Assembly (NCBI GenBank): GCA_020137815.1 | Contig: CM035351.1 | Coordinates: 7,440,001-7,504,000 of the forward strand | DNA: 64,000 nt | DNA from: Hormiphora californensis | Lineage: Eukaryota; Animalia; Ctenophora | Direction of reading: 5' to 3' | In this document: positions 45,971 through 55,729 of the stretch, piece by piece | Layout of the letters: every line of letters begins with the position of its first letter | Numbering within the stretch: the first letter of the stretch is position 1 | Translations under genes and position numbers: made by a program | Notes under the pieces: generated by a model | The model's database searches: none | What the model was told of the DNA's origin: nothing | The model's input: the letters and a program-made list of their open reading frames with translations, nothing else

Positions 45971-47869
45971 CGTCCTAAGAGGGCACCGCATAGTGTTTTT
46001 GTCACATGTGCTACGTATACTCCAGTAGTGAAACTGTTCCTAACTTGTTAATTTTCCAACTACAACTATATCCCATTATGTTTAATAATAACCCAGCAGC
46101 TCCATATATAGAATGAGTGAGCCGACAACTCCATGTCCTCGTCCCCCCAGCGCAAAGTATGAACCGGATTTTTGCAGAGGTACTCAGTCAAGTTAAAACA
46201 GCTAAATCACCCCTTCTGAACCGGCGATATAAGAATTTCGGGGACATTAGCGGGAAGGATGATACCAGAATTCAAGATATCTACACGGAGGAAGATCTGA
46301 GGAAGACCCTCTCTGTGTCGGAGTGTCTGGTCTGTGTAACCTACTCTGCTAAGTGGTGTGGCCCCTGGAGGATGATTCGTCCTGATGTCCACAGGCTGTC
46401 TCACATCCACAGTGATGTTCTATTCCTGGAGGTTGATGTTGATGTTAGCACGGAGCTTGCCACTGCCCGCAAAGTTACCTGCATGCCTACCTTTCAGTTT
46501 TACAAGTCATCCTTCCTGTTAGACAGTTTTGCAGAGCCTAATCGGATTAAACTCGATGAGACGATAAGGAAGCTGAGGAAGGTGGAGGTGATGGTTGAGG
46601 ATGATAAATGGCCAAGCAGAAACAGCGTGTTTTACAAGTGATCTTGATGTTGTAGCAGTGATTATCATGTTGCTTTTGACTTTATGTAACGGAGAGAGAT
46701 GATGGATTTGAGGTTGAAACTTTCCTCGTTATGGAGGCTTCGTTTTATGATCAGAGATAGCGAGATTGACAGAGGTGGGCTATAAGAGCATTAGCCTGAC
46801 AGAGATGGACGAGTGAGTGGTTTAATGTAGTGCAGTGCGACGGAAAACATAATATTTTGCTTGTTAGTATACTGTGTTAACTATCTAAATTGTAAAAAGT
46901 TTTAACAAGATGTGTGCTAGCTCCTGATTAGTTAACTAGATGTACAGCAAGAACAACAAACAAGAGTGGTGGTCGGGTGATGAAACTGACACATTTTAAT
47001 TAGAAGGAAACACTGATTATGTCACATGAGGGATTGCATGATTTGATCAAAGATGGCCGCATTTCCAAATCTCAATAACTAGCGCACCCATTGGGTGCGC
47101 CTCAAGTAAGGGCTTTTTGATAACCCACCCGGCTTTGCCGGGTGGTTCGTTTTGCCCCTTTCCACGTCTATAACACGGTTGCCATGGCAACTGAATTGAT
47201 AACTATGGGGACTGGCATGTTGAAAGTCATTCGAAAATATTAACAAACTTCCACTGAAAGTTCCAAAAGTGTGAGCAACAGCTTTACAGCTTTGGTCACA
47301 TGAAGTTTTTTATGAAGGAGCAGTCTGTCGCTTAGATACCGCTGAACGAACGACCACCACTTCGACGTTCATCTCCAAATTATAATAGAGATTCTTCCCT
47401 TCCTCCTTTCTTTAACTCTCCCTGTTCCCTGACCCTTTCTCGCGAGGAGCGAGGAGAGTGGTCACTGGCCGGGCGCTGATACATCTTTCCTGAAATTTCT
47501 CTTCTTTCTTAGTTAATCGTCGACTCTCCGGTCGAGTCGCCGATCAACTCGAACAAATGCAGAACAAGTTACTCAGCAACACCACTATTTGGCCAATACC
47601 TTCATCTCTTGTTAAAATTACCCCTTCCTATAGATCCTTTGTCACTTCTCTCTCTCCTCACTGCTATAATTGCACATTATTAAATGTCCCAATGCCTGGG
47701 ACTCTTTTGGATGATCTTGAAATATCAAGAAAGTTCCAAATATATTTCTGGAGTAAATTGTCATGGCATAATGAATGTAGGAAGACTATATAAATTCTTT
47801 GCTGTATGTGTCCTGGAGGTGACAAATATATACCTCCCTAACAACATACTCTCTCTTTCTCTCTCTCTT

Positions 47870-47942
<73 letters not shown>

Positions 47943-50900
47943 AACTAGAGCTAACACCTGTACTTTTTGCAGTTGCAAGAATTCCAAGCGTACACTATTA
48001 CTGTCCAAGCCCAGAATGGAAAGTATACTGGTCCTCGATCAACAACAGTGTGTGTAGTGGAATCAAATCCAGGTAACCGGCATCCCTCTAGGAAATCCTG
48101 TGGGTAGTTAGAAAACTGTATGGGTACTACTAAATTAGGGAGCGGCCGGTAGATAAAGAATCCCTGAAATTATTCACCATGGTAGTGTCATGGTTTCATC
48201 CCCATTTCACCAGCCGACCAGGAGAGAAGCTCCTGCAACCCCTCCATTCTTTCATTTCACCTGTTCATCTACAGGTGTACCTGGGCCGGTGATAAACCTG
48301 TTTGCCCAAGATATCACCTACAACACCGCCACTTTGAGATGGGAGCCTCCTTTGTACAGAGGGACACTCGATCTAACTTATGAAATTAAGGTATGTCTGG
48401 AGACACCAGTCTGGACATGTGGTTCAATAATGAACGTGAGCTACTAACCCCACACCCCACTGTTTAGGGTCTTACCCCCACTCCCCACTGTTTAGGGTCT
48501 AACCCCCACTCCCCACTTTTTGGGAATTGAGCTAGAGTCTAACCCCCACACCCCACCATTTAGTTCGGTGCGTATGCCTATGGAGCGTTCGTTGGCCCAG
48601 TGCATGTGATCGTAACGGATGATACTAAATACAACATTCACAACTGGTTACAACCTCACAACGGCTATGCGGTGACCGTCACTGCTAATAACACTAAAGG
48701 ATCCGGACCTGAGTCAGCCACCATTGTTGTTACCACACTAACTGGTCAGTATATTGAGCTGTTTGTACCCCTCACCTATTACTGAACAACCCCTCCCCAC
48801 CAGTTAATTAAATGGAATGTAAAAGTAAAATCCAATTTTACCTTGTCCAATGTTTATCTGATCTTCCTTTGATCCTTTGAAAAACTAGACATGACCATAT
48901 AATTGAACTAGGTAGAACAGACACTCTAGCTCCTACTTTTACCAACTTTTTCCTCCCTCCGAATGAAGTCATATGTTTCCGTGTAATGACCAAACCTGGC
49001 ACACTCACAACACCCGCCCTCTTTATCACCCCACCGTTGATTATGTTTTTAAAAACCCGACCTGGCCTAAATCCAGTTTTTCCAACAGCCCCGATAGGAA
49101 GTGCAGAGTACGAGATAAAGTTCCCAGCGGTCCACTTTGTGGATTCCTCCAATGCAGCTGTGTGGGCTGACTTTACCAGCGAACTGCAGAATGCGATAGT
49201 AAAAGGAACAGGGGTAGACAGGTTAGAGAGACTGACACTACCAACAATTATCAACACAAGAAAAGCTTTACTTCCGGGTTACCTTTAAAATTACAACACA
49301 GCTTGTCTTTGCCTATCACACAATTCCCACCGGTTATTTGAAATTCCACCCTACATGACATGTGCCGGAAGTATACCATAATTATACATCTGGATTATTT
49401 GGCAAGGAAGCGCCTCTTCTTATCTAGAGGCCTTATCAACTATGCCAGTGCCAAAATATTTTATCTCACTAAAGCTATATTGCTGGATAGGAAAGTGAAG
49501 GCGCCAGCTGGAAATAATTCAACAATTCAGAATATGCATCGAATTATTATTATCGACTTGTACAGCGAAATATTTTCCCATAGCCAATTAGACCCCATGA
49601 CAAGCTTTTGTTATTTATGGGAAGCCTTTTGGACTTTAGCCATTTGGAACCATAACTACGAGTACTGCACTGCTCTCTCCCCTACAGCATCTACCAAGTG
49701 TAACCAGTAACCACATCTCATCTACATAATCTCACCACCTCTCTCTGTATTTCAGTGCACGAATCCTTGCTATAAGCCTCATTCAACAAGACAGCCAGTT
49801 TGCTAAGGTTGGGGTTTGGATTAAACCCCGGGACAAAGACTACTCCCAGCCGTCTACGGAGGAAATTGAGAAGTCCTTGTCTGGCATGATCAGTAGAAAG
49901 GAGTTGAAGGTGATGTCTCTCACTGCTACTGATGGAAAGTAAGTCACACTTGACAAACTCAAGAGTCATCCAGAGAGCTCAGAGCTGTTGGAGCTGCAAT
50001 AGATGTGACATGATTCTTATTTTTTCATTGAGTATTAGAACATCCGCCCTAGAACCCGTTAATCCCTGCCCCGACCCCTCTATCTAACACCTCTCTTCAG
50101 GATCGACAGGATAGCCCAACCAGTCTCATCGTCCCATCACGACGTGGCAGAGATAGTAATACCTGGTATCTGTGGACTTATTGTTGTCGCCCTTACGGCT
50201 GGACTACTTTACTATAGAAACAGGTGACTTATAGACCTTGGGTTATTCATATCTCTCACTCAACAATGATTTTATATACGAACCCCCCCCCCCCCATAAA
50301 ACCGGAAACCTCCTTCCCTCCTCCGGCATCCACCCGTTACGGCGTTACATGGTGGCCTTTGTTACTTTCGAACATTCACAATTTACCCGAACTGTAAAGT
50401 TTGCTCTTCAAAAAGGGTGTGACAACCTCTACCTCCCCCTCAGGTACCAGCAGGTGTTACGGCGTGCAAGGTTCACCAGCAGGTTCAATAATAACGGAGA
50501 TGAGGGCGATGTGAACATGATCGAATGTGCTGACGATTCCACAGGTAGGAAGAGAGAGATAGAGGGAGGGAGAGAGTTCCTCCCTTGCCGGCGCGCCAAA
50601 CGACGCGGCCTGAGTGTGAGGTGTCTTCGATACCAAGGGGGAGGTAAAGATATGTGTCAGTCTCAGAGCAAGTTGAAATATGTTCTTTTTACAGTTTCTG
50701 GTAGTGATCTGAGAGGAGGAGCGCTGGCGATATCAAGTGAAAGAAGTCACGCCCAACCACCAACCAGCTTCAAAAATATCTTTGGAAGGTTCGTACGGGT
50801 CGCAGTTTATACAAGTTCAACCGTTACTGTTTTGTTTATATTCAACCGTTAGACCGGCACCAGTATGATACCAAAACCTAATTAAATTGGATTCTATAAA

Positions 50901-51034
50901 CTATTTCCTAATCCAATCTACCTCCCAGATTAACTGGACGGAGTACTGCAAACGGTGGCGAATACTCCCGAGTGGGAGATCATGAAGAGTTACTAGATGA
51001 CGAGGAAGATGAGGAACACTTACTACCACTCTAG
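26056..51034 (+). CDS. VPS10-domain receptor (sortilin/SorCS/SorLA family): signal peptide, furin site, VPS10 + 10CC, ~2 PKD-like, ~5 FN3, juxtamembrane domain, TM, sorting tail; many exons
   Basis: [15 protein letters not shown]; RNKR; Asp-box/BNR repeats ([40 protein letters not shown]); GLITEPGE; 10CC ([23 protein letters not shown]); PKD-like ([19 protein letters not shown]); FN3 ([30 protein letters not shown]); [23 protein letters not shown] at ~50150-50215; tail YSRV and DEEHLLPL*. Apparent +1 indels near 26855 and 29347. Confidence 0.9.
30150..30211. mobile_element. Tiny Tc1/mariner-type MITE remnant in an intron
   Basis: TA|CAGTCAGACCCC ... GGGGTCCGACGG|TA. Confidence 0.6.
32805..33805. 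mobile_element. ~1-kb foldback element (two ~490-bp inverted arms, ~24-bp spacer) bounded by TA
   Basis: TAGTCAGGGCATA...TATGCCCTGACTA; arms nearly identical, centre near 33296-33320. Confidence 0.92.
37110..37343 (+). repeat. Degenerate tandem repeat built from the splice acceptor CTCCCCAG|GGTTACCA
   Basis: Repeated TCCCTTCTCCCCA(G/T)GGTTAC units ending at the true acceptor of the GYHVWNLNT exon. Confidence 0.8.
37833..39169 (-). CDS. PIM-like Ser/Thr kinase, 2 exons, nested antisense in an intron of the VPS10 gene
   Basis: Exons 39169-38557 and 38116-37833; [58 protein letters not shown]. Confidence 0.9.
39656..40948. mobile_element. Non-autonomous DNA transposon with G-run TIRs, 8-9 bp TSD and internal ~30-bp tandem repeats (Mutator-like)
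   Basis: GTGAGAAT(G) on both flanks; TIR GGGGGGGTTCCAACCTATTT...GTAC; internal alternating GAATCGTATTTTCTAAGCGAG / GAATCGCAATTTCTTACCGAG array at ~40160-40640. Confidence 0.85.
42744..42852. mobile_element. 109-bp hAT-like MITE with 8-bp TSD
   Basis: ATTGTTAC|CAGGAACCGACCGAA...TTCGGTCGGTTCCTG|ATTGTTAC. I recall this as an abundant Pleurobrachia repeat (unverified). Confidence 0.9.
43845..44160. repeat. Facing (CT)n and (GA)n microsatellites
   Basis: (CT)n at ~43845-43920 and (GA)n at ~44021-44160. Confidence 0.9.
44191..45592. mobile_element. Non-autonomous Tc1/pogo-like DNA transposon with TA TSD
   Basis: TA|CCGTAAGTTGGGGTAACTTTG ... CAAAGTTACCCCAGATTACGG|TA; internal copies of GGGGTAACTTTGG. 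Confidence 0.85.
46159..46641 (+). CDS. Intronless thioredoxin-like protein with atypical WCGPW motif, nested on the same strand in VPS10 intron 42532-47971; start uncertain
   Basis: [19 protein letters not shown]...FLEVDVD...[11 protein letters not shown] (Trx fold with cis-Pro MPTF). Confidence 0.7.
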   Translation: MNRIFAEVLSQVKTAKSPLLNRRYKNFGDISGKDDTRIQDIYTEEDLRKTLSVSECLVCVTYSAKWCGPWRMIRPDVHRLSHIHSDVLFLEVDVDVSTELATARKVTCMPTFQFYKSSFLLDSFAEPNRIKLDETIRKLRKVEVMVEDDKWPSRNSVFYK

Positions 51035-52603
51035 ATCACTCACTGAGATCTGTATATCTCACCTGAAATAAGAGAGAAAGCAAGATGAGACATTTGGTTG
51101 ATACCAATACGAGTGTGAGGTTTCTCAAAATAGCAGTATTTTTATTTTCATTGATATGAAGAAGAATTAGCGAGAGAGAGAAGGAGAAAGATATTCAGAA
51201 TGGAAAGACGACCTCTTCCAATTGATATTCTAATGTTGTAGACGAGTTAGATAAGTTTTGTATCATAGTCGATAGCCTCGTGAGATAGTGCTATTGTTAG
51301 AGTTTGTCTATTGTGTTTTTTTTCGCCCTGCCAAGGCGTGCAAAGTATTTTTGCCAGGTCTGCCTTTTGCGAGTGCGACCTACATGTGTCGATGAGCCAT
51401 ATTGCGTCAAATATTCTGTAAGTGTACACATTGTGTACATGAAGATTGTTGCCAGCTAGATCACCTTGTAGAGTACCCGGGTTCTTTTTTTTGTAAGTTG
51501 GTCCCTAACTCGACAAGGATCACTGCAGAGTCAGAAATTTTGCGACTTACGAAGTGAGGGTAGACCTGGCAAGTGTGTTTTTTCTTAACTGCTTTTTGGC
51601 AGCAATTTTAGCCGGCCCCAAAGTTGCTGCTCCTTTGTTTTTGTCCATATAGATTATAGGATTTATTGTTTGAGAGTGAAGCAATGAAATTAAACATTTT
51701 CCTGCCATGCGCCACCTAACAGCTCCATATTGGCTGTCTGGCGCCGCCGACCCGGTCAGGAATCCAAACAGGGTCGGTGCATTTTGTTTAGCTCCCATTA
51801 TGCCTTGTTGAGGGGGGTCCTCCTCAGCAAGGCATGCCATCAGGTGGAGTCAAAAGAAAACAGGACACATCAACTTAAACAATGCAATTACATTTAGTTT
51901 TGCATAACCAAAATTTAAATGCATATTATTATGTACTGGCCAGAGATCGAAGGCTCTAAACATCTAGTTTGTCCCAGTACAGGCCCTTCCGTGTGCTGTT
52001 TTACTGCACAAAGATCAATTGAAGCTGTTCTGGAGAAACTAGATAGGACGTCAGGAGTTATCGATGAATTGGTGTGTTTGTGTTACTGTTTGACTTTTGA
52101 TGTAAATTTCATTGAAAATTACTGCGTTTTGTTTTGTTCGACATCAGGGATCAGGCTTGCAGTTGCCTCAGCTCTGGGGTAGGGGTGCTGGTGACATTGA
52201 CAACAATGCCGAATGGTAGTCCCACTCCGACGATTCAAGGGAGGCTACTACTAGTACTAGTATAGTACTCCCACGGCCATTGGCCAAGGGTAGACCCCAT
52301 CTGAGCGCACTGTGAGAGTCAAATAGGGGTTTGTCGCCGCCAGTCAGAAGGAATCGTTTTAGGTGCAGTAGGTGTAATTGAACGGGCCCCGGGCACTCGG
52401 CCAGAATTGCACAATCACAATGCAGTTGGACTGCCAGTACCATTGGAAATGAAAGTGCTACTACCACAGTCCCATGTTCATATTGTGTAAACTGGTAAAT
52501 AACCAGTTTACCATTGACCTGGTTTGGATCCCATACTGATACTCGCTAGAATGGCTGGACTCCAGACTTAAAGTTGACCAACTTACAAAAAGTACCCGGG
52601 TAA

Positions 52604-53490
52604 TGTCTGGCGTGGCCAGACCCCGATTTGATTCTCAAGACAGTGCGCTCTGATGATCTGAGCCGCTCAGTGAGCGCACTGTCATGTCACTGTTGAATTT
52701 TGCATTGAATCAAATCGGGGTCTGGCGCCGCCAGACAGTCCATTAAAGGACTCACGAACTCGAAGTGAGAATAGGTGGCAATGGCAGTGGTACCAACCCG
52801 AACCGTACGTGTCGGGCTACCTAGACAATCTGTCAATGCTACACTGAACCAGAGACCTCTAGTTTAAATTTGTTCTGGTTCCAAATCCGAAGGAGAGCTG
52901 TCTGGCAGTGCCCACTGCCCACCCCGTTTTAATGGTTACGGAAGCTATCCAAATCCAATGTCCATTATGGACTCCATGTCTGGCCCAATCTGAGCCAACT
53001 GTCAGTGTCACTGCCATGACGGAAACAAGGTGACAGCGAGGCCAAACAATGACGGTCTGACATTGGTAACATAGACACCTGGCGGGGGTCGCGCCAGGTG
53101 TCTATGTCACCAAGGTCCTACATTGCGGGCACGCTAAAACGTGCCTTACTATCGCAATGCCCTATATCGACAGAGGGGTAACTTCGTTACCAACCATCTG
53201 AGCCTGTCTCGCGGCGCCATACCCCGATTTGATTCTCACGACAGTGCGCTCAGATGATCTGAGCGCACTATTGTCAACAGTGTTGAATTTTGCATTGAAT
53301 CAAATCGGGGTCTGGCGCCGCCAGACAACTGATTAACGGACTCAAGAACTCGAAATGCGAATAGGTCACCAATTCTCATTTCGAGGTGGCAGTGGACAAT
53401 GGTAGTGGTACCAACCCGAACCGTACGTGTCGACTGTCGGGCTACCTAGACAATCTGGCTATGCCACCCTGATCCTGAACCAGATCCCTC
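52604..53490. repeat. Two copies of a ~600-bp composite repeat containing a palindromic GTCTGGCG...GATTTGATTC/GAATCAAATC...CGCCAGAC MITE; the second copy continues at 54921-55280
   Basis: 52620-53060 matches 53221-53490 plus 54921-55280; related fragments at 7616-7682, 8085-8276, 51735-51770 and 52290-52345. Confidence 0.75.
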
Positions 53491-54915
53491 TCAATCAATC
53501 AATCAATCAATCAATCAAAGCTACCACGGTGGGTAGTGGCACTGAGCCGCAATAAAATATATAATATTAACGAAAACTGAACCACACGGACCAAACTAAG
53601 TGGGGATTCGGGACGGTGTAACATAGCCAGATGCTCGAAGACAAGGAGTCTTATGTGTGCATATAACCATGGTACACCATCCCGTTACCCACCATGTCCT
53701 TACAAACAAATGCAGCGGAAAGAAAATAGGCAATATATATAGAAAAATAGATTTCTCCCTTTCTTGCACTCACTCTGACTCTATCTCACTCTCACTCTGA
53801 TCTGGATCTCACTCTGACTCTATCTCTCTCTGACTCTGAATCTCTCTCTGACTCTCCCTCTCTCTCTGACTCTCCCTCGCTCTCCGACTCTCTCTCGCTC
53901 TCCCTCTCACACTCAATCTCAACAATTGAATCTCTTCTAATTCGCCAAGCTTTCTCAGGTTCATATTCTCTCCTTTCTCGTAGTCTCGCTACTAAAGCTC
54001 GCCGTTCAGTTCTCTCCTCAACAGTCCTGTCAGGGGCAATGTACACTGTCTGATACAAATCAGAGTCTTTCAGCTGAGCTGATTTACGAAGAACTGTCCT
54101 GGCTGCCTCTCTGGTCCTCAGCACCACTCGAACAGGTCGCGCTTTCACACTACTCCTCCCAAGTCTTTCAACTTTCGATAGAACTGGAGCCTCACCAAGC
54201 TCCTGGAATACTCCCTTTACCTTGTCATGATCGGTGCTATCGGTCGTTTCAGGTAGTCCGTAAACTATCAGGTTGGTGGTGCGATCCTCTGAAGCATTGG
54301 CAATGGCTGTCCGGATCTTGCTGGGGGCAAGAGCAGATACACAGGTCTCTTTAACAGCGGTGGCAGCAGTCTCCAAAACAGTTGAGTAGCTCTGGATCTC
54401 CTCCTTCACTACTGTCTGCACAGCATTGACACTCGTCTCCAGTAGGGAATCCTTCATGGAGATGATGGAGTCTTTTAGGGCACTCACCTCATCCTGTAGA
54501 GCGATAATTTTCCGGTCCCGCTCCAACAGTTCATCCTTGGTGGCGTGAAGACGATCCCTGGTGATCTTCAGATCATCTAGAACTTGGTTGTCAACAACCT
54601 CATTCCTCTCTCTCTTCTTTTCTAAATGTTTCATTGACAGTCTTGCTAGGGGCAGAGATCGGTACCAAAGAAGACCAGCCATGTCCCCGATTATCTTTAT
54701 CTTCTTGTTGGTGTCTAGCTTGTTCAGGCAGGCGCTCGTCAACTTGTTCGGATCAAACTCACTTCCCTCATTGTGGGGTTCATGGTACCCCGTGGCACGA
54801 CGTAGGGTAGCAACAATAGAGGTTTCTAGTCTCTTCAGGTCAACTGTGGTAGCATTTTCAACTGGGCATCCGGGTCGCCAACTGGAGAAGGTGCGATCCA
54901 TCTCCGTGTGGAGAG
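53491..54915 (-). mobile_element. ORF1-only (RT-less) non-autonomous non-LTR element with (TTGA)n tail
   Basis: TCTCA at 53489-53493 and 54916-54920; host repeat continuous across the insertion; tail at 53491-53518; 3' stem-loop CTACCACGGTGGGTAG; no ORF2. Confidence 0.85.
53792..54901 (-). CDS. CR1/L2-type ORF1 protein (coiled coil + RRM-like domain + ERES-rich tail)
   Basis: True start probably ATG 54901 (MDRTF); coiled coil; RTTNLIVYGLPE, VERLGR...RPVRV, VYIAPDRTVEER motifs typical of LINE ORF1. Confidence 0.82.
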   Translation of the reverse strand: MDRTFSSWRPGCPVENATTVDLKRLETSIVATLRRATGYHEPHNEGSEFDPNKLTSACLNKLDTNKKIKIIGDMAGLLWYRSLPLARLSMKHLEKKRERNEVVDNQVLDDLKITRDRLHATKDELLERDRKIIALQDEVSALKDSIISMKDSLLETSVNAVQTVVKEEIQSYSTVLETAATAVKETCVSALAPSKIRTAIANASEDRTTNLIVYGLPETTDSTDHDKVKGVFQELGEAPVLSKVERLGRSSVKARPVRVVLRTREAARTVLRKSAQLKDSDLYQTVYIAPDRTVEERTERRALVARLRERREYEPEKAWRIRRDSIVEIECERESERESESEGESEREGESERDSESERDRVRVRSRSE

Positions 54916-55729
54916 TCTCATTTAGATTTGTTCCAAATCTAAAGGAAGCTGACCCCGTTTTGACCTGTCTGGCGGTGCCCACCCCGTTTTGACCTGACTG
55001 GCGGTGCCCACTGCCCAGTGCCCACCCCGTTTTGACCTCTCTGGAACTGCCTACCCCGTTTTGACCTGTCTGGCGGTGCCCACCCTGTTTTGACTCTCAA
55101 AACGCGTGGTAGGGCGCTCAGATAGGGTCGGCGAGGCCAGATAGCAACGGTTAATGATTACGGAAGCTATCCAACGTCCATTATGGACTCCATGTCTGGC
55201 GGCGCTGGCCCAATCTGAGCCCACTGTCATGACGGAAACAGAAAAGAGGTGACAGCGAGGCCACACAGTGACGGTCTGACACTGTCGGGATGACCATTTT
55301 TCACTTGGACCCCGAGTCGGAGCGAGGTCAGGCATTTCGCTGGGTGCTGGCAGGTCAGGCATGGGATGTTCCTTTTTCCTTCACCATGAACAACTGATTT
55401 CCACCGTGACATAAATTAAAAGACGTCAACCAAAGGGCAAGAGAACAAGATCGGTGGATATTTGGTTGACGTCTTTTCTCAATTTAGAACACGGTTAATT
55501 TATTTGTGCCCTTTTTGTATTAATAACTGGGCAACTGAAATAAGTAAACAAAAGAAATAATTAATACCAGTTGAAAATAAAAACACGGTTCCGGGGTTAT
55601 ATAGTGTGGCAAATCAATTTGTACTTGCTCTACGAGTAATGTTCGGTGGGAATGGGTTCATAATAATAAGTTGTCCAATCATTGTCTCGCTAATTACTAA
55701 TTAGTAGTTTTATTATTGCACTGCATAGT

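Noticed and set aside
47078-47545. Possible Helentron-like non-autonomous element (ACTAG start, several hairpins)
   Set aside because: Boundaries and family cannot be supported from a single copy.
54902-54982. N-terminal 27 aa of the 396-aa ORF in the track
   Set aside because: Mostly host repeat outside the insertion boundary; the real start is probably ATG 54901.
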